NCBI GenBank assembly: GCA_002633005.1
Contig: NMRA01000628.1
Span: 108,611 to 164,167 of the forward strand
DNA: 55,557 nt
Reading direction: 5' to 3'
Source of the DNA: Phoronis australis
Lineage: Eukaryota > Animalia > Phoronida
Both the position numbers and the translations under genes were made by a program. This document shows positions 25,001 through 34,215 of the stretch, piece after piece. Position 1 is the stretch's first letter, and every line of letters starts with the position of its first letter. The notes beneath the pieces are model-generated. The model made no database searches. It had not been told where the DNA came from and saw only the letters and a list, made by a program, of their open reading frames with translations.

Positions 25001-27976
25001 GCAAAAAACCCATTAATTAGTCCAGTCTCATTGACTCTTCGTAAGCGGTGGCGTATTTAGGGGGGAGGGGCAAGTGGGCCACGGCCCCCCTAAAAGTCTC
25101 CCAGATTCCATTTGGCAGCTCGGGGGTACGAATGTCTGCTTTGCCCCCCCAACTCAAAATCCTGTATCCGCCCCTGGACACCCCTGTGGTTTGAAATTGA
25201 CAGGCAGCCTATTTCATTTGTCACTTTCATTTCATACAACAACAAATTCAGCTTTCAAAAAAGTCTTTCCTCAGTAGGTAAAAACCAAACCCCGGCTTTG
25301 CTTTATACCTCTGAAAGAAAGTTAACTATAGTGACTTGCGTATCGTTTTGTGACTGACCTATTTTTCCCATACACGGAAGGTATGGAGGAGCAAACTCGA
25401 ATTACCCGATGGAAACGGCACGGAGTCAGGAATTATTCCGAGGCTTTTGGTTTTATGGAAAGTTGCACATATTGTTGTGAAATTTCCACTGAATTGTTCT
25501 CGCGCATCCGAATACGTTATTCGGCTAGTGCAACGTTTAACGATTTTTTTTCGACAGGATATATCAACCGTTAAGTTGCAAGATCACTACATGTAAGTTT
25601 AGGATGCAAAACAAAAGTGGAGGCAGTTTGCGTTCTGTGTTATCTTTAACGACTTTAATGACAGTCATCAAATCAGGTCAGACCGGGCAAAATCGCGGAT
25701 GTTTTTTCAACTAGTATTTTTCCCTTTTCACTTTGCAAACTTAGCTACTCGAATGCTCATGTCGGTTAGAGAGCACTGATTCAGCTTTCACGTCGGCAAC
25801 TAGCCTTGCGCACTAGAGCCTTTCAATGGCGGTCGTGAAGAACCGTAATGCCGTACCTTCACGTAAGATCCCAGTTTTGCGACCTGAAATTTGTGAGTAC
25901 TTAACGCCGCAGGTAAGAGCATACTCTAAACATTTTCTCGATGATCTAAAAATCAGATTTGGCGCGTAAAATGGCGGGAAATTTTTGCGACCTGACATTT
26001 ATGAATGCGAGCTGGATTTTGAGAATGCGACCTGAGATTTTGTCTTGGTCGCAAAATGCGATTTTCATAACGTCGAGCCCTGCCTTACGATCAACCTAAG
26101 CAGAGTGTATTCAAAGTTTTAAGAGCATTTTTGGCCATGGTTTCATTTTGTGTCAATGGTGCAGTTTGCAGTGCATTATTGAAAAAACCTGACACTATTT
26201 CTTGAGATCAGATATCAATGCATAAGTTTCCAGGTAATTTTCAGACGATTTAATGTTCCTACAGTTCTGTTGAAGTTTACCTACTTTATTGAAAGCCAAC
26301 TGAGTGTACACTAGTGATTATCGTGTGCACTCTCCTCAATGCATTTCTTCACTTTACCTGATGCTGTTTCCAGAATTTTATATTAGGGTCTCATATTGTG
26401 CAGTCGTTGAAGACCTTGTGGGCATGATTTTCTCTAGTGACTGGAGTCTGGGTCTGTACCCTGCTACTGTAATTACTTGGAAAATCAGCTGCATTCTTTT
26501 TATGCGCCCTCATATTTTTGTGGGTGCATATTGCCGTCATCTCTGTCTGTGTGTCCAGGTGTTCACTGCTGTATCTCCTAAACCCCTTGTTGGATCTTAA
26601 TGAGATGTAGCAGATGTGTTCCTATGAAGCTGACAAAATGATGACAGTGAATTTTGAATCGATCTGACTACGCCTGTGCCACCTGTTGGCCATTTTAGAT
26701 TTTACGTTTTCCTCTGTATCTTCTGAGTTCTTTGATGTATTTTCGTGAAATTTAGCAATTATATTTCTATTAATGAGATGACAAATCTTCCTATTTGCGG
26801 ATGGATTTGACATATTCTGCACCATATACTGGGAATTTTAGTTTTGAAATGCTCCTGACTGCTACAAGAATCGTGAAAATTGGTAGGTGTGTTATTGGTG
26901 AGAAGACCACGGCCAGCGCTTCAGCAAATAAATGTGCTGGTCCGCCGGGCCAGTTACTTGAATATGAGACCACATCTACATAGAGCCTATATGTGAAAGT
27001 TTACTGGCCCGGCCGCAAATCCACTGGCCCAGGGCCAGTGTGTTTTTCGAGCGCTGACCACGTTGTTTTTCGGAGGGAGTTGGCTACTTTTGCGCCTGCT
27101 AGTGGCTTTTTTTACATCTGTTGATCTGTCTCCTTAAACCTGTTTAAGATCTTCCTGAAAGTCATTACTTATGTTCCTGTGGAGTTGGCAACGAATGGCG
27201 ATGGCTCTGTTTTTTAACTTCTTTAACTTCATGGAAATGATGTAGTTAAATTACACAGTGATCTGTTTGATTCTTTAGGGGCCAGACAGCAGTTAATGGA
27301 GGTGGTCTGGGGATAGAGAAACCACAGAATCTTTCAAAGGAAGACGATGAGTTTGATGCATACAGGAAACGAATGATGCTTGCTTATAGGTTCAGGCCCA
27401 ACCCACTGGTAGGTATTTACTGGCTGAAAAGCTTGCGTCTTCACTACCACACTCTCTGCCAGCAAATTGCCAGTTGTATGGTTACAAGGTCACTTTTGCT
27501 GGCGATTTGGTAGAAGTTTGAGTTATTAAAAAATACTGGCATTTTTGCTAGCTCTTGCTAACCAGACTGCTTACTACAAAGGACGCAGGTGCAGCCAGCA
27601 CAGGGTTAAGAGGCCTGTCCTATTGTCAGGTCAACCACAGATGAAGGTAAAGAGTAAAGGTGTTTTGACGTCAATTTTCTTTTAAAAGCGTTTTCGGTGG
27701 TAAGGAAACAAATTAATTGCTGGCGGAAACTACCCTTCGCAGACGTACAGCTGGTGTGTTTGGCTAAAACGCTATCTTTTTCGATAGTGTATCAGCCTTT
27801 TAAACTGCTAGCGTTTTCGCCACTCATGTAAACATAGTATTAAACATAATCTATTTCACAAAATAATTAATTTGCACATCTTCTGGATTAGTACAGTTTT
27901 GGAAACTGGTCTCTAACACTGCTGTTCATCTGGTGTCTTATGTTTTCAGAACAATCCCCGGAGACCCTACTACTGA
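3897..27976 (+). CDS. SUGP1: SURP and G-patch domain-containing protein 1 (SF4), 13 coding exons, 852 aa: join(3897..4004,4691..4800,6419..6561,10104..11103,11574..11650,12855..12981,13268..13578,14988..15085,16503..16677,17867..17964,19329..19483,27279..27408,27950..27976)
   Basis: Hand-spliced. All introns are GT-AG, phases chain without frameshift, total 2559 nt. Recognisable SUGP1 blocks: [29 protein letters not shown] (VSPP...[17 protein letters not shown]), [19 protein letters not shown]...[29 protein letters not shown]-patch ([29 protein letters not shown]), [23 protein letters not shown]. Confidence 0.95.
4691..4800 (+). CDS. SUGP1: SUGP1 coding exon 2
   Basis: tttacag| acceptor, |gtgagt donor, open frame, phase 0 to 2 fits both neighbours. 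Confidence 0.8.
5085..6289 (+). mobile_element. Non-autonomous Helentron (HINE), full length, SUGP1 intron 2
   Basis: 5' TTTTTATGCGCCCAC, 3' inverted GTGGGCCCA, terminal hairpin CAACGC-tgt-GCGTTG and CTTGTTT end; internal ~150-bp tandem monomers; no TSD, T-rich ends. Confidence 0.78.
6419..6561 (+). CDS. SUGP1: SUGP1 coding exon 3 ([14 protein letters not shown])
   Basis: ttgtcag| ... G|gtaatg; contains the conserved NDGSF motif. Confidence 0.9.
6984..8130 (+). mobile_element. Older degenerate HINE-family copy, SUGP1 intron 3
   Basis: Diverged monomers with the same CCTAGTGGCAATTTT and GGATTTTCATGAAAT blocks; boundaries approximate. Confidence 0.55.
8185..9530 (+). mobile_element. Non-autonomous Helentron (HINE), full length, SUGP1 intron 3
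   Basis: 5' subTIR TGAGCCCAC (8191-99), 3' subTIR GTGGGCGCA (9495-9503), hairpin CAACGC-tcc-GCGTTG (9507-21), CTTGTTT end; eight ~150-bp monomers. Confidence 0.82.
10104..11103 (+). CDS. SUGP1: SUGP1 coding exon 4, 1000 nt, proline-rich
   Basis: ttttacag| acceptor, open for 333 codons (includes ORF 10376..11116), donor AA|gttagt at 11104; phase 1 to 2 is exactly what joins exons 3 and 5. Confidence 0.8.
11574..11650 (+). CDS. SUGP1: SUGP1 coding exon 5
   Basis: Long pyrimidine tract + cag|, donor G|gtaaga; ends ...EAELKI leading into VSPP as in SUGP1. Confidence 0.85.
12855..12981 (+). CDS. SUGP1: SUGP1 coding exon 6 (SURP domain, N-half)
   Basis: [42 protein letters not shown]; ttctag| ... 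AG|gtgagg. Confidence 0.92.
13268..13578 (+). CDS. SUGP1: SUGP1 coding exon 7 (SURP C-half, KRKSRW ULM)
   Basis: [18 protein letters not shown]...[11 protein letters not shown]; tttcag| ... G|gtaaga. Confidence 0.92.
14988..15085 (+). CDS. SUGP1: SUGP1 coding exon 8
   Basis: ...[14 protein letters not shown]; gcctag| ... GAG|gtaacg; phase 1 to 0. Confidence 0.88.
16503..16677 (+). CDS. SUGP1: SUGP1 coding exon 9
   Basis: [14 protein letters not shown]...[17 protein letters not shown]; ccacag| ... G|gtgagg. Confidence 0.95.
16848..17400 (+). mobile_element. Decayed piggyBac-like element, left part
   Basis: TTAA|CCCTT left terminus at 16844-52 followed by a frameshifted acidic N-terminal stretch ([17 protein letters not shown]...SDGDSDWE). 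No matching right end found; right boundary approximate. Confidence 0.45.
17867..17964 (+). CDS. SUGP1: SUGP1 coding exon 10
   Basis: [33 protein letters not shown]; ttatag| ... CAG|gtcagt. Confidence 0.96.
19329..19483 (+). CDS. SUGP1: SUGP1 coding exon 11 (G-patch)
   Basis: [51 protein letters not shown]; ctttag| ... AA|gtgagt. Confidence 0.96.
19690..26082. mobile_element. 6.4-kb hAT-like element with 5-bp TSD in SUGP1 intron 11, heavily nested
   Basis: TIR CAGGGCTCGACATAATGA / TCATAACGTCGAGCCCTG (16 of 18 match); TSD CCTTA at 19685-89 and 26083-87; subterminal GCGACCTGA repeats near the right end and related motifs near the left; no intact transposase ORF. Confidence 0.78.
26496..27230 (+). 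mobile_element. HINE-family copy (3'-truncated) with a nested MITE
   Basis: TTTTATGCGCCCTCATATTTTTGTGGGTGCATATTGCCGTCATCTCTGTC start matches the 8185 copy; right boundary approximate. Confidence 0.65.
26914..27056. mobile_element. Small hAT-like MITE nested in a HINE
   Basis: CAGCGCT...AGCGCTG ends; flanks ACCACGGC/ACCACGTT (6 of 8 match); internal CTGGCCC repeats. Confidence 0.5.
27279..27408 (+). CDS. SUGP1: SUGP1 coding exon 12
   Basis: [43 protein letters not shown]; ctttag| ... CTG|gtaggt. Confidence 0.96.
27950..27976 (+). CDS. SUGP1: SUGP1 last coding exon (NNPRRPYY*)
   Basis: ttttcag|AACAATCCCCGGAGACCCTACTACTGA; characteristic SUGP1 C-terminus. Confidence 0.95.
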   Translation, partial: NNPRRPYY

Positions 27977-28055
27977 TGGGAGACATGAAATACAGAGTCG
28001 TATGTTATTCCCGGAAATACCTTCATTGTGTTTGTTAGTGGTAAACATTCAGTTG

Positions 28056-28061
28056 AATAAA
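28056..28061 (+). terminator. Candidate polyadenylation signal of SUGP1
   Basis: AATAAA 80 nt after the stop, followed by T/GT-rich sequence. Confidence 0.55.
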
Positions 28062-28147
28062 AATATAAGACATAAAGTCTAAGCTCATTATTCTTTTATT
28101 CTCTGTCTTCATGGTATGACTGGTGATGGCTCTGTTTGTATTCCCAG

Positions 28148-28385
28148 CAGCGCTGGACATAACCAGCTGCAGGTGCATTTACGACCCGAAATTTGGAAAT
28201 GCGAACTGAGATCCAAGCTTTAATTGGTTGTTGCCAAATCAAGTTCAGAGGAACACTAACAGAAAACAAGACTTCTCGATGATTTCTCAACATGTCGCCT
28301 GAACACGGACAATGTAGAATTGATCTTGGACCCATTTCATGGTTTAGTATTTTGGACTTCTTTTGCTATGTTTCACCGGGATGCT
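28148..28385. mobile_element. Left-arm fragment of the 19690..26082 family
   Basis: CAGCGCTGGACATAACCAGCTGCAGGTGCATTT...GGTTGTTGCCAAATCAAGTTCA aligns with 19690-20040. Confidence 0.65.
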
Positions 28386-28660
28386 CGGGTCATCTGTCAA
28401 TCACTGACAATGTGACGTGCACTCTAGCGATTCAAGTGTCGGAAATTACGCATGGGCGCTGCTCCAACGCTGCAAGTCAAAAAAAAAAGAAGAGCGATAG
28501 TCCTACATACATTTTTGTACCGGTTCGGCTCTTTTAAGTGCTCCGGTGTTTATTTGACAAGCGGAACGTAGGCCCATGGCGGTTATAAAAGATCCGGTGC
28601 TTTACGATATTCAAATAAGCGCCCACAGCTCGGGGTAGCTCCCACCTGTCATTTAATGCA

Positions 28661-28791
28661 CTGTGTCGGTTCGAGGTCAAGGACGGTACGGAAATTGCCG
28701 GTTTGTCGCGTAAAGTCACGATGTCGATAACGCCGTCCATCCGTAATTCATCTGTAATTTTTGTACCGTCCTTGACCTCGAACCGACACAG
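28661..28791. mobile_element. 131-bp MITE with 29-bp perfect TIRs
   Basis: CTGTGTCGGTTCGAGGTCAAGGACGGTAC ... GTACCGTCCTTGACCTCGAACCGACACAG; a related sequence lies at ~772..898. Confidence 0.65.
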
Positions 28792-31780
28792 TTAGAAGTG
28801 TGGGCTTTTGGGGATTATTTTTGTGCTTTGACAGCAAATTTCTTGCGAACTCACTGGAGCAGGTCATCGTGAATGGTATTATAAGAAAGAACAATTTCTC
28901 ATGATTTGTTGAACCCTTGTTTTGTGTAAATTTATTTAGTTATGTGTTTGATATGGACGGCTGAATCGACGCACCCGTAGAATTTCTAGTCCCGAGTGTC
29001 ATACCTTGTAGTATTATATAGTGTATATGGGGACGATCAGAAGCTGAGGACGCCTGTGTTCAGTACGTCCTTTGTAACCAAGCTAATGTACAGGAAAGGC
29101 AATCGCCAACACTGTTTCCTCAACAGTGGTGATTGATAGTACGCCGAAATGTCTCTCTGATATAATGCTTTGAAACAATCGTCAGATCTCAAACGCTTGG
29201 AACGAGGTTGGCAACTCCTTACAAATTCTGCCTATTGGTTCATAGGCGGATTTAGGGGGGGGCAGGGGGCCCGGGCCCCCCTCCCTTAGCTGCCGTAAAA
29301 AATAAAACGGCAAGAGCGTAGTGAAATGTTGAGTTTATTAATTAACCCCGGTAATTAACATTATACGGCGGCAACAAGATTTAAATGTGTGCACTTTTAG
29401 TGTGTTTGGGGGGCTCAGATCCAATTTCAAGTGTCAAATTCGGAACACGGCTAAATCGTAACGAAACTAATGGCTCTCCCGCGATATCCCAGGCGACCGG
29501 CAGTGGCGCTGCGCACTACGACTCCGTTTCCGTTGTCTGCTTCACTGTGCAATGGAGAAAATTACTTCATTTTTTTAAAGAAAATGGAATCAGAGTGACA
29601 ATGAAAAAACAAGCTGCTGGTAAGATGTGAATTTTAATCGAAGCCTTAGTGAATCACTCAGAAACTTATGTCATAATTCTCTCTTTGTCAAACCTTAACT
29701 TAAGACGATTTCCAAAGCAATCGCGTCATTAATGCCAACACAAAAAAAAAACGGATTTGGTCTTTTGGGCAATTGAAGACTATTTTAAATACAATTTGTT
29801 ACGAACTGATTGCACAAAATATAAAAAGTGTAATAAGCATTACAAAAAGAAGTAGGTTGCGCGTGCAACGCTGTGGACCATAAACAAGTATTTCTCTTAT
29901 TAATAAATTATGAGTGAAATCGTGGTGGTGCATTGGTAAAGCAGGCGCGCTCTGTCCGCCAGGTCGTGAGTTCGAGTCTGTGTTAATTGCAGTATTTCAT
30001 GTTTGACACGTTCTCCGTGTTTTATTTTTCCTTTTCCTTTTCTTTGCCTTTCATGGACAATACTTCAGGAATCAAGGAAAATGCTTGATTTTTAGAGGAA
30101 AAAACAGAAAAATTTTCCTGAGCGATAACTGTGAGGAGGGACCACATAACCTGTCTTATGATGCGGAGAGTCTTTTAGTTGAATAATGCTTTATTTGTTG
30201 ATGCGAGACTCTCAGAGTGCACTACCAGAGCAGAGAGGGGACGATGTGTGGGCGATATCACCTAAACAGGGTTCGGTGTTCCTTTAACGTTCTGATCTCA
30301 AAGTGTTAATCTAGTTCAAAAGCTTGAATATATACAATGTATACCAAATTAAGTAATATGTAGCATGGTACTATGATGTTTGCTTCTTTTCTGTTACCAG
30401 ATTAAAATCCTTTCTGAGCACAATTTTGTACCTCATCGGCCGAGGTAAAAAAATCATCGACTATTACCGTGTATTACAGTGACCCGAGTTCCTCATTAAG
30501 GAACAGAGAATGACGGCATGTTGTCCTTGAAATCGTACTGATGTCACCCTGAACGTATCAGCGTTGTTATTTTTTGTTGTTTTTGATTCCCATGTTGGTT
30601 CTTTTGAATACAAATTTGATTATCAGTTGCCAAATGTTATCTGTTCGTTGCATATGGTGAGTGGTATTTAATGCAATCATAAGTTTAAATTGTGCAGGAT
30701 ACATGTACGTCGCATCTTAGTAAGCCTACTGTGGGTGGCTTCACTGACCACGAGCGTACGTCAAATCTCAGCCACAGTACCCGTTCTGAATTACAGTAGC
30801 TGAAAGCCCTCTCCAGATCGGCAGATTTCTTTATCGCCATATCGTGAAACTGATGCAAAGAATCAGAAATTGCCGTGTGACTACCCGGCTACAGCGCATT
30901 TAGTAACTTGACAGCAAATCGGCACCGACTTTACTGGCAGTGTTTCAACAAACATTTTTTTTATTTTTAAACGGTGCGCTCCTCACCTGAATTGCAAGAA
31001 CGCGCATCTGTGCTTGCTTGATTTTGACTGCCCGGACACGACAACCCGCGAAGCTTCCCCGCAGATGTATGTCACTTCGCCGCCGGGAAAATACTAACGT
31101 TGCTCAATTGACATTATTTTTCCATATTTAGGGAAAACGTGTTTCAAGTGACAGAAATTTGCAATCGATACCCCGTTGTGTTAATATAAAGATTCAGTGA
31201 TTGAAAACACAAATGGGGGAATGTACATGTAGTGAATCGTAGTCTATCTGAATGTTGGCCCAGACCCGCGGAGCTAATTAATGTGTTCATCCTGCGCCGA
31301 AGAGCAGTGATAGCGTTTGGGAAACCTTGTTCCTAGGGCTCACACTCTGACTATGAATGCGCCAGCCTTTCATTATGTAAAATGCGATAATTTGTAAAAT
31401 TTGATTTTGCACGTTTCACCTGTCAGTCAATGATCGGCACACTCAAGGGGGACACGGTATAGTGGGTGGGCACTGAGCTGTAAGTTAGAACATTTCGTGA
31501 GTAGGCTTACTTTCAGCTGGCAATTAACTTTCTATGACTAAGTATTTCTTATTCATCATTTGAAACATTCTCGCCTTTAATTTGCACGTGCTGCAAAGAA
31601 AAAATGTATGGAAGTCAAATTTTACATATGTTGAGCATTAGAGGACGCTGTGAACATCAGGAATGAGTTGCATAAAACTTCAAAATTATCCGCTGGATAA
31701 GTTTGATTGTTGTATGAGGTCAGGAGCATTGTTCAACTATAAGAACGTGGCGCGTGATAATGCGACGTCATTGTTGCTAT

Positions 31781-32102
31781 CAGGGGCGGATCCAGGATTT
31801 GAGTTGGGGGGGGGGGCTAGGCACATGAATAACCAGAATTTCGCCACATGCACACGCCCAGCCTACAATGTAGGCATGCAGCAGTTTCGATTTTTTTGGG
31901 TTTGTGAACCGTATTACTAAAGAAAAAACAACAAAAACGGTAAACGGGGTTTGTTCAAGGCGTATGCATCGTGCATTCGCCTCCCGAGCCCCCCTGCGTT
32001 CGCGCATATGCTAGTCAGCAATTTGCATCCCGAACTGCCAAATGGTATCTGGGAGAATTTTAAGGGGGGCATGGCCCCCTTGCCCCCCTAATTCCGCCAC
32101 TG
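31781..32102. mobile_element. G-run MITE (CAGGGGCGGAT...TCCGCCACTG) with 5-bp TSD; relatives at 2734..2898, 21216..21374, ~23223..23340, 25046..25176, ~32936..32962, 47552..47702
   Basis: TSD GCTAT at 31776-80 and 32103-07; the 47552 copy has AGAAC/GGAAC; copies share poly-G/poly-C tracts and the TCTGGGAGAAT block. Confidence 0.72.
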
Positions 32103-32252
32103 GCTATACGGCGTATAACTTTTATGCAACTAGGCCCTGTAGTGTATCACAAACTTAAAAAATCTCGGTTAACCGTGGTAGATGAAGATTATACACCTAT
32201 CGCGGGTACTAAAGTAACAATCCTGGGCTGAAGGACACAAGATCAAAATTAA

Positions 32253-34215
32253 AGGAGAATGCCACCCGATTTAATTAGTCTTTTACCGTCATAATCGGTC
32301 TATATCCACATCACCTCGTTCACGGCCGATCTTACCTCACCGAGAGGTGTAGCGTTAACCTGTGAGGAAGGTGAGAAACGACGCAGCGACGTCAGTGGTT
32401 CTTCTGCAGATTGAGTGCCGCTATGGTGTGATGTATCGTTCCCCGCTTGTGCGAATTATGAAGCTGCGAGGAAAGCGGGTACCCGGTATATCATTTTTCC
32501 GATTTCTTCGAAAGCCGATAATGCTTCGGAAGTGGCTCGCGGTAGTGAAGAATGAAAAGTATTCCGTTAATAATACCAAGTATAGGGAGACCATGAAACT
32601 TCGCCGTGTCTGTCAGCGGCCTGCATTTCGTCGGATCGATTATTGACCAATTTTGGATTATGGAGAATTGTAGTTGGCCATCAAAACGTAAACAATTACA
32701 ATTAATTCAAGGCGTGAGAACATAACGTTTTATATAACCTGTTTGATGACTGAGTCGTTCGTGAGGCTTCTGTTTGGTACTCTGGGTGAAGGATGTATTC
32801 GCCAGTTCTTTTTCTCAGCCCTCTGAAAAAACTTCGTAAGCACACTTCTGTTTAGATGCGGTGCCAAAATCAGGATGGTCCGTGAGACATCTGCGCTTCT
32901 CCAAGAAGGCGTTTCACCTGCGGAATTTCGTGGCAGCAACTCAAAATCCTGGATCCGCCCCTGGGAACCATGTATCCATGTGCTCCGTTGTCTGTGCACG
33001 TTCACAGAGCCTCTCTATTATTTATTGATCAGTGTATTCCGGTTCGAACTGACAGTATGTGAAACCTACTAACGATCGACTTGTGAAGTCTTCGTGAGGT
33101 GAGCACTCGTCGGGATTGCGAGTTGCCACGTTGACATTTAGTGCGTTCTGTTTCAAAACGAATTATTCTCACCCTAACCAATGCTTATATAAAACTTAAA
33201 AAAGTCTGTCTCATTAGACACAATTTGTAATGCCTTGGCGTGTTCGTGAGCACAATTTTTTGAGAAGCCAGCAATGAATAAATCACTGCGTCACCAGCTT
33301 TAGATGCAATAAACTAATTGACCGGGCACTGAGGCCGTGAAAGCGCATGCTAATTCAGTGTTTGCTGACAGAAAGCTGTTGTGAAACAATAACTATATCC
33401 TATGGTCAGATTTTAGGGGAATCTTTATTTAGATATTCATATACATTATTCGAATCTTTGTTGCTATACAACTTTTGCCTTGACGGTTCTGTGGAAGAGT
33501 AACCTGACTTCGCCGCCCCCGACGATCGAGCTAGTAAGTAGACTTAGAGGTTCGCGACTAATTCACCAAAATGATGACGTGCACATTTTTTATTTGGCTC
33601 ACTAGTATAGTCTTTTCGTGACTGGAAGTTTAGTTTCCAACTTTGGCTGGTTTATGTTTATGATGTCTTCAGTCCGGCCGCGATTGGCCTGATCGGGTTC
33701 CGAGCCACCAGCGGAGAGTAACAAGTGTTTTGTGTGTTTAAAACCGAAAAAATCGCAAGTCTAAAAGTACAACACGCAGCTTTGTTCTCCTGTGTGTATT
33801 TCACGGACGAATAATTTGAATTTATCACCGAACAGACCCCAAAATTCCGAGACCGACCATGGTAATTTGGCCTACCGAACTTTGTACGCTACGGTACGTT
33901 CAAATACCGAAAAATCCGTAACAGCAAAAGAAAATAAAACGTGTGTTCAATAACTCGATGTATTTGTAAGGGTTTTACATCGAATTTTGATGATTTATTG
34001 TTGTAAAACGATGAATTCAAGCGATAAGCTGACACCTGTAATCATGTTGTGAACTGCTGAACAGACTGCATTCGAACCTCTGACGTCATTGGTTAATTTC
34101 AACACCTCTGCCTGCCGTATGGTGTCAGGTAAAAGAGCTGTACTTGCTGTTGTCGAGTGGAACTACTCGATCTAAATTGATGCAAACTAGGTTGTTTTTT
34201 GGGTGGCATTCTCCT
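32253..34215 (+). mobile_element. Kolobok-type DNA transposon, non-autonomous, 1963 bp, with decayed THAP domain
   Basis: Perfect 15-bp TIR AGGAGAATGCCACCC / GGGTGGCATTCTCCT, TTAA on both sides (32249-52, 34216-19); purine-purine termini plus TTAA TSD are the Kolobok signature. Confidence 0.82.
32423..32646 (+). pseudogene. THAP zinc-finger remnant of the Kolobok transposase
   Basis: With a stop and frameshifts reads MV*CIVP/ACAN...PGISFFRF.RKP..LRKWLAVVK...VC/GLHFV, matching the C2CH THAP pattern. Confidence 0.65.

Noticed and set aside
21216-25176. Composite transposon bounded by two same-orientation G-run MITEs (outer flanks AACAC/GACAC)
   Set aside because: A 4 of 5 flank match is explicable by chance or shared target preference; no other support.
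27430-27609. piggyBac right end (AGGG|TTAA at 27602-09) as partner of the 16848 left end
   Set aside because: The TIR sequences do not match, and pairing them would enclose three conserved SUGP1 exons.
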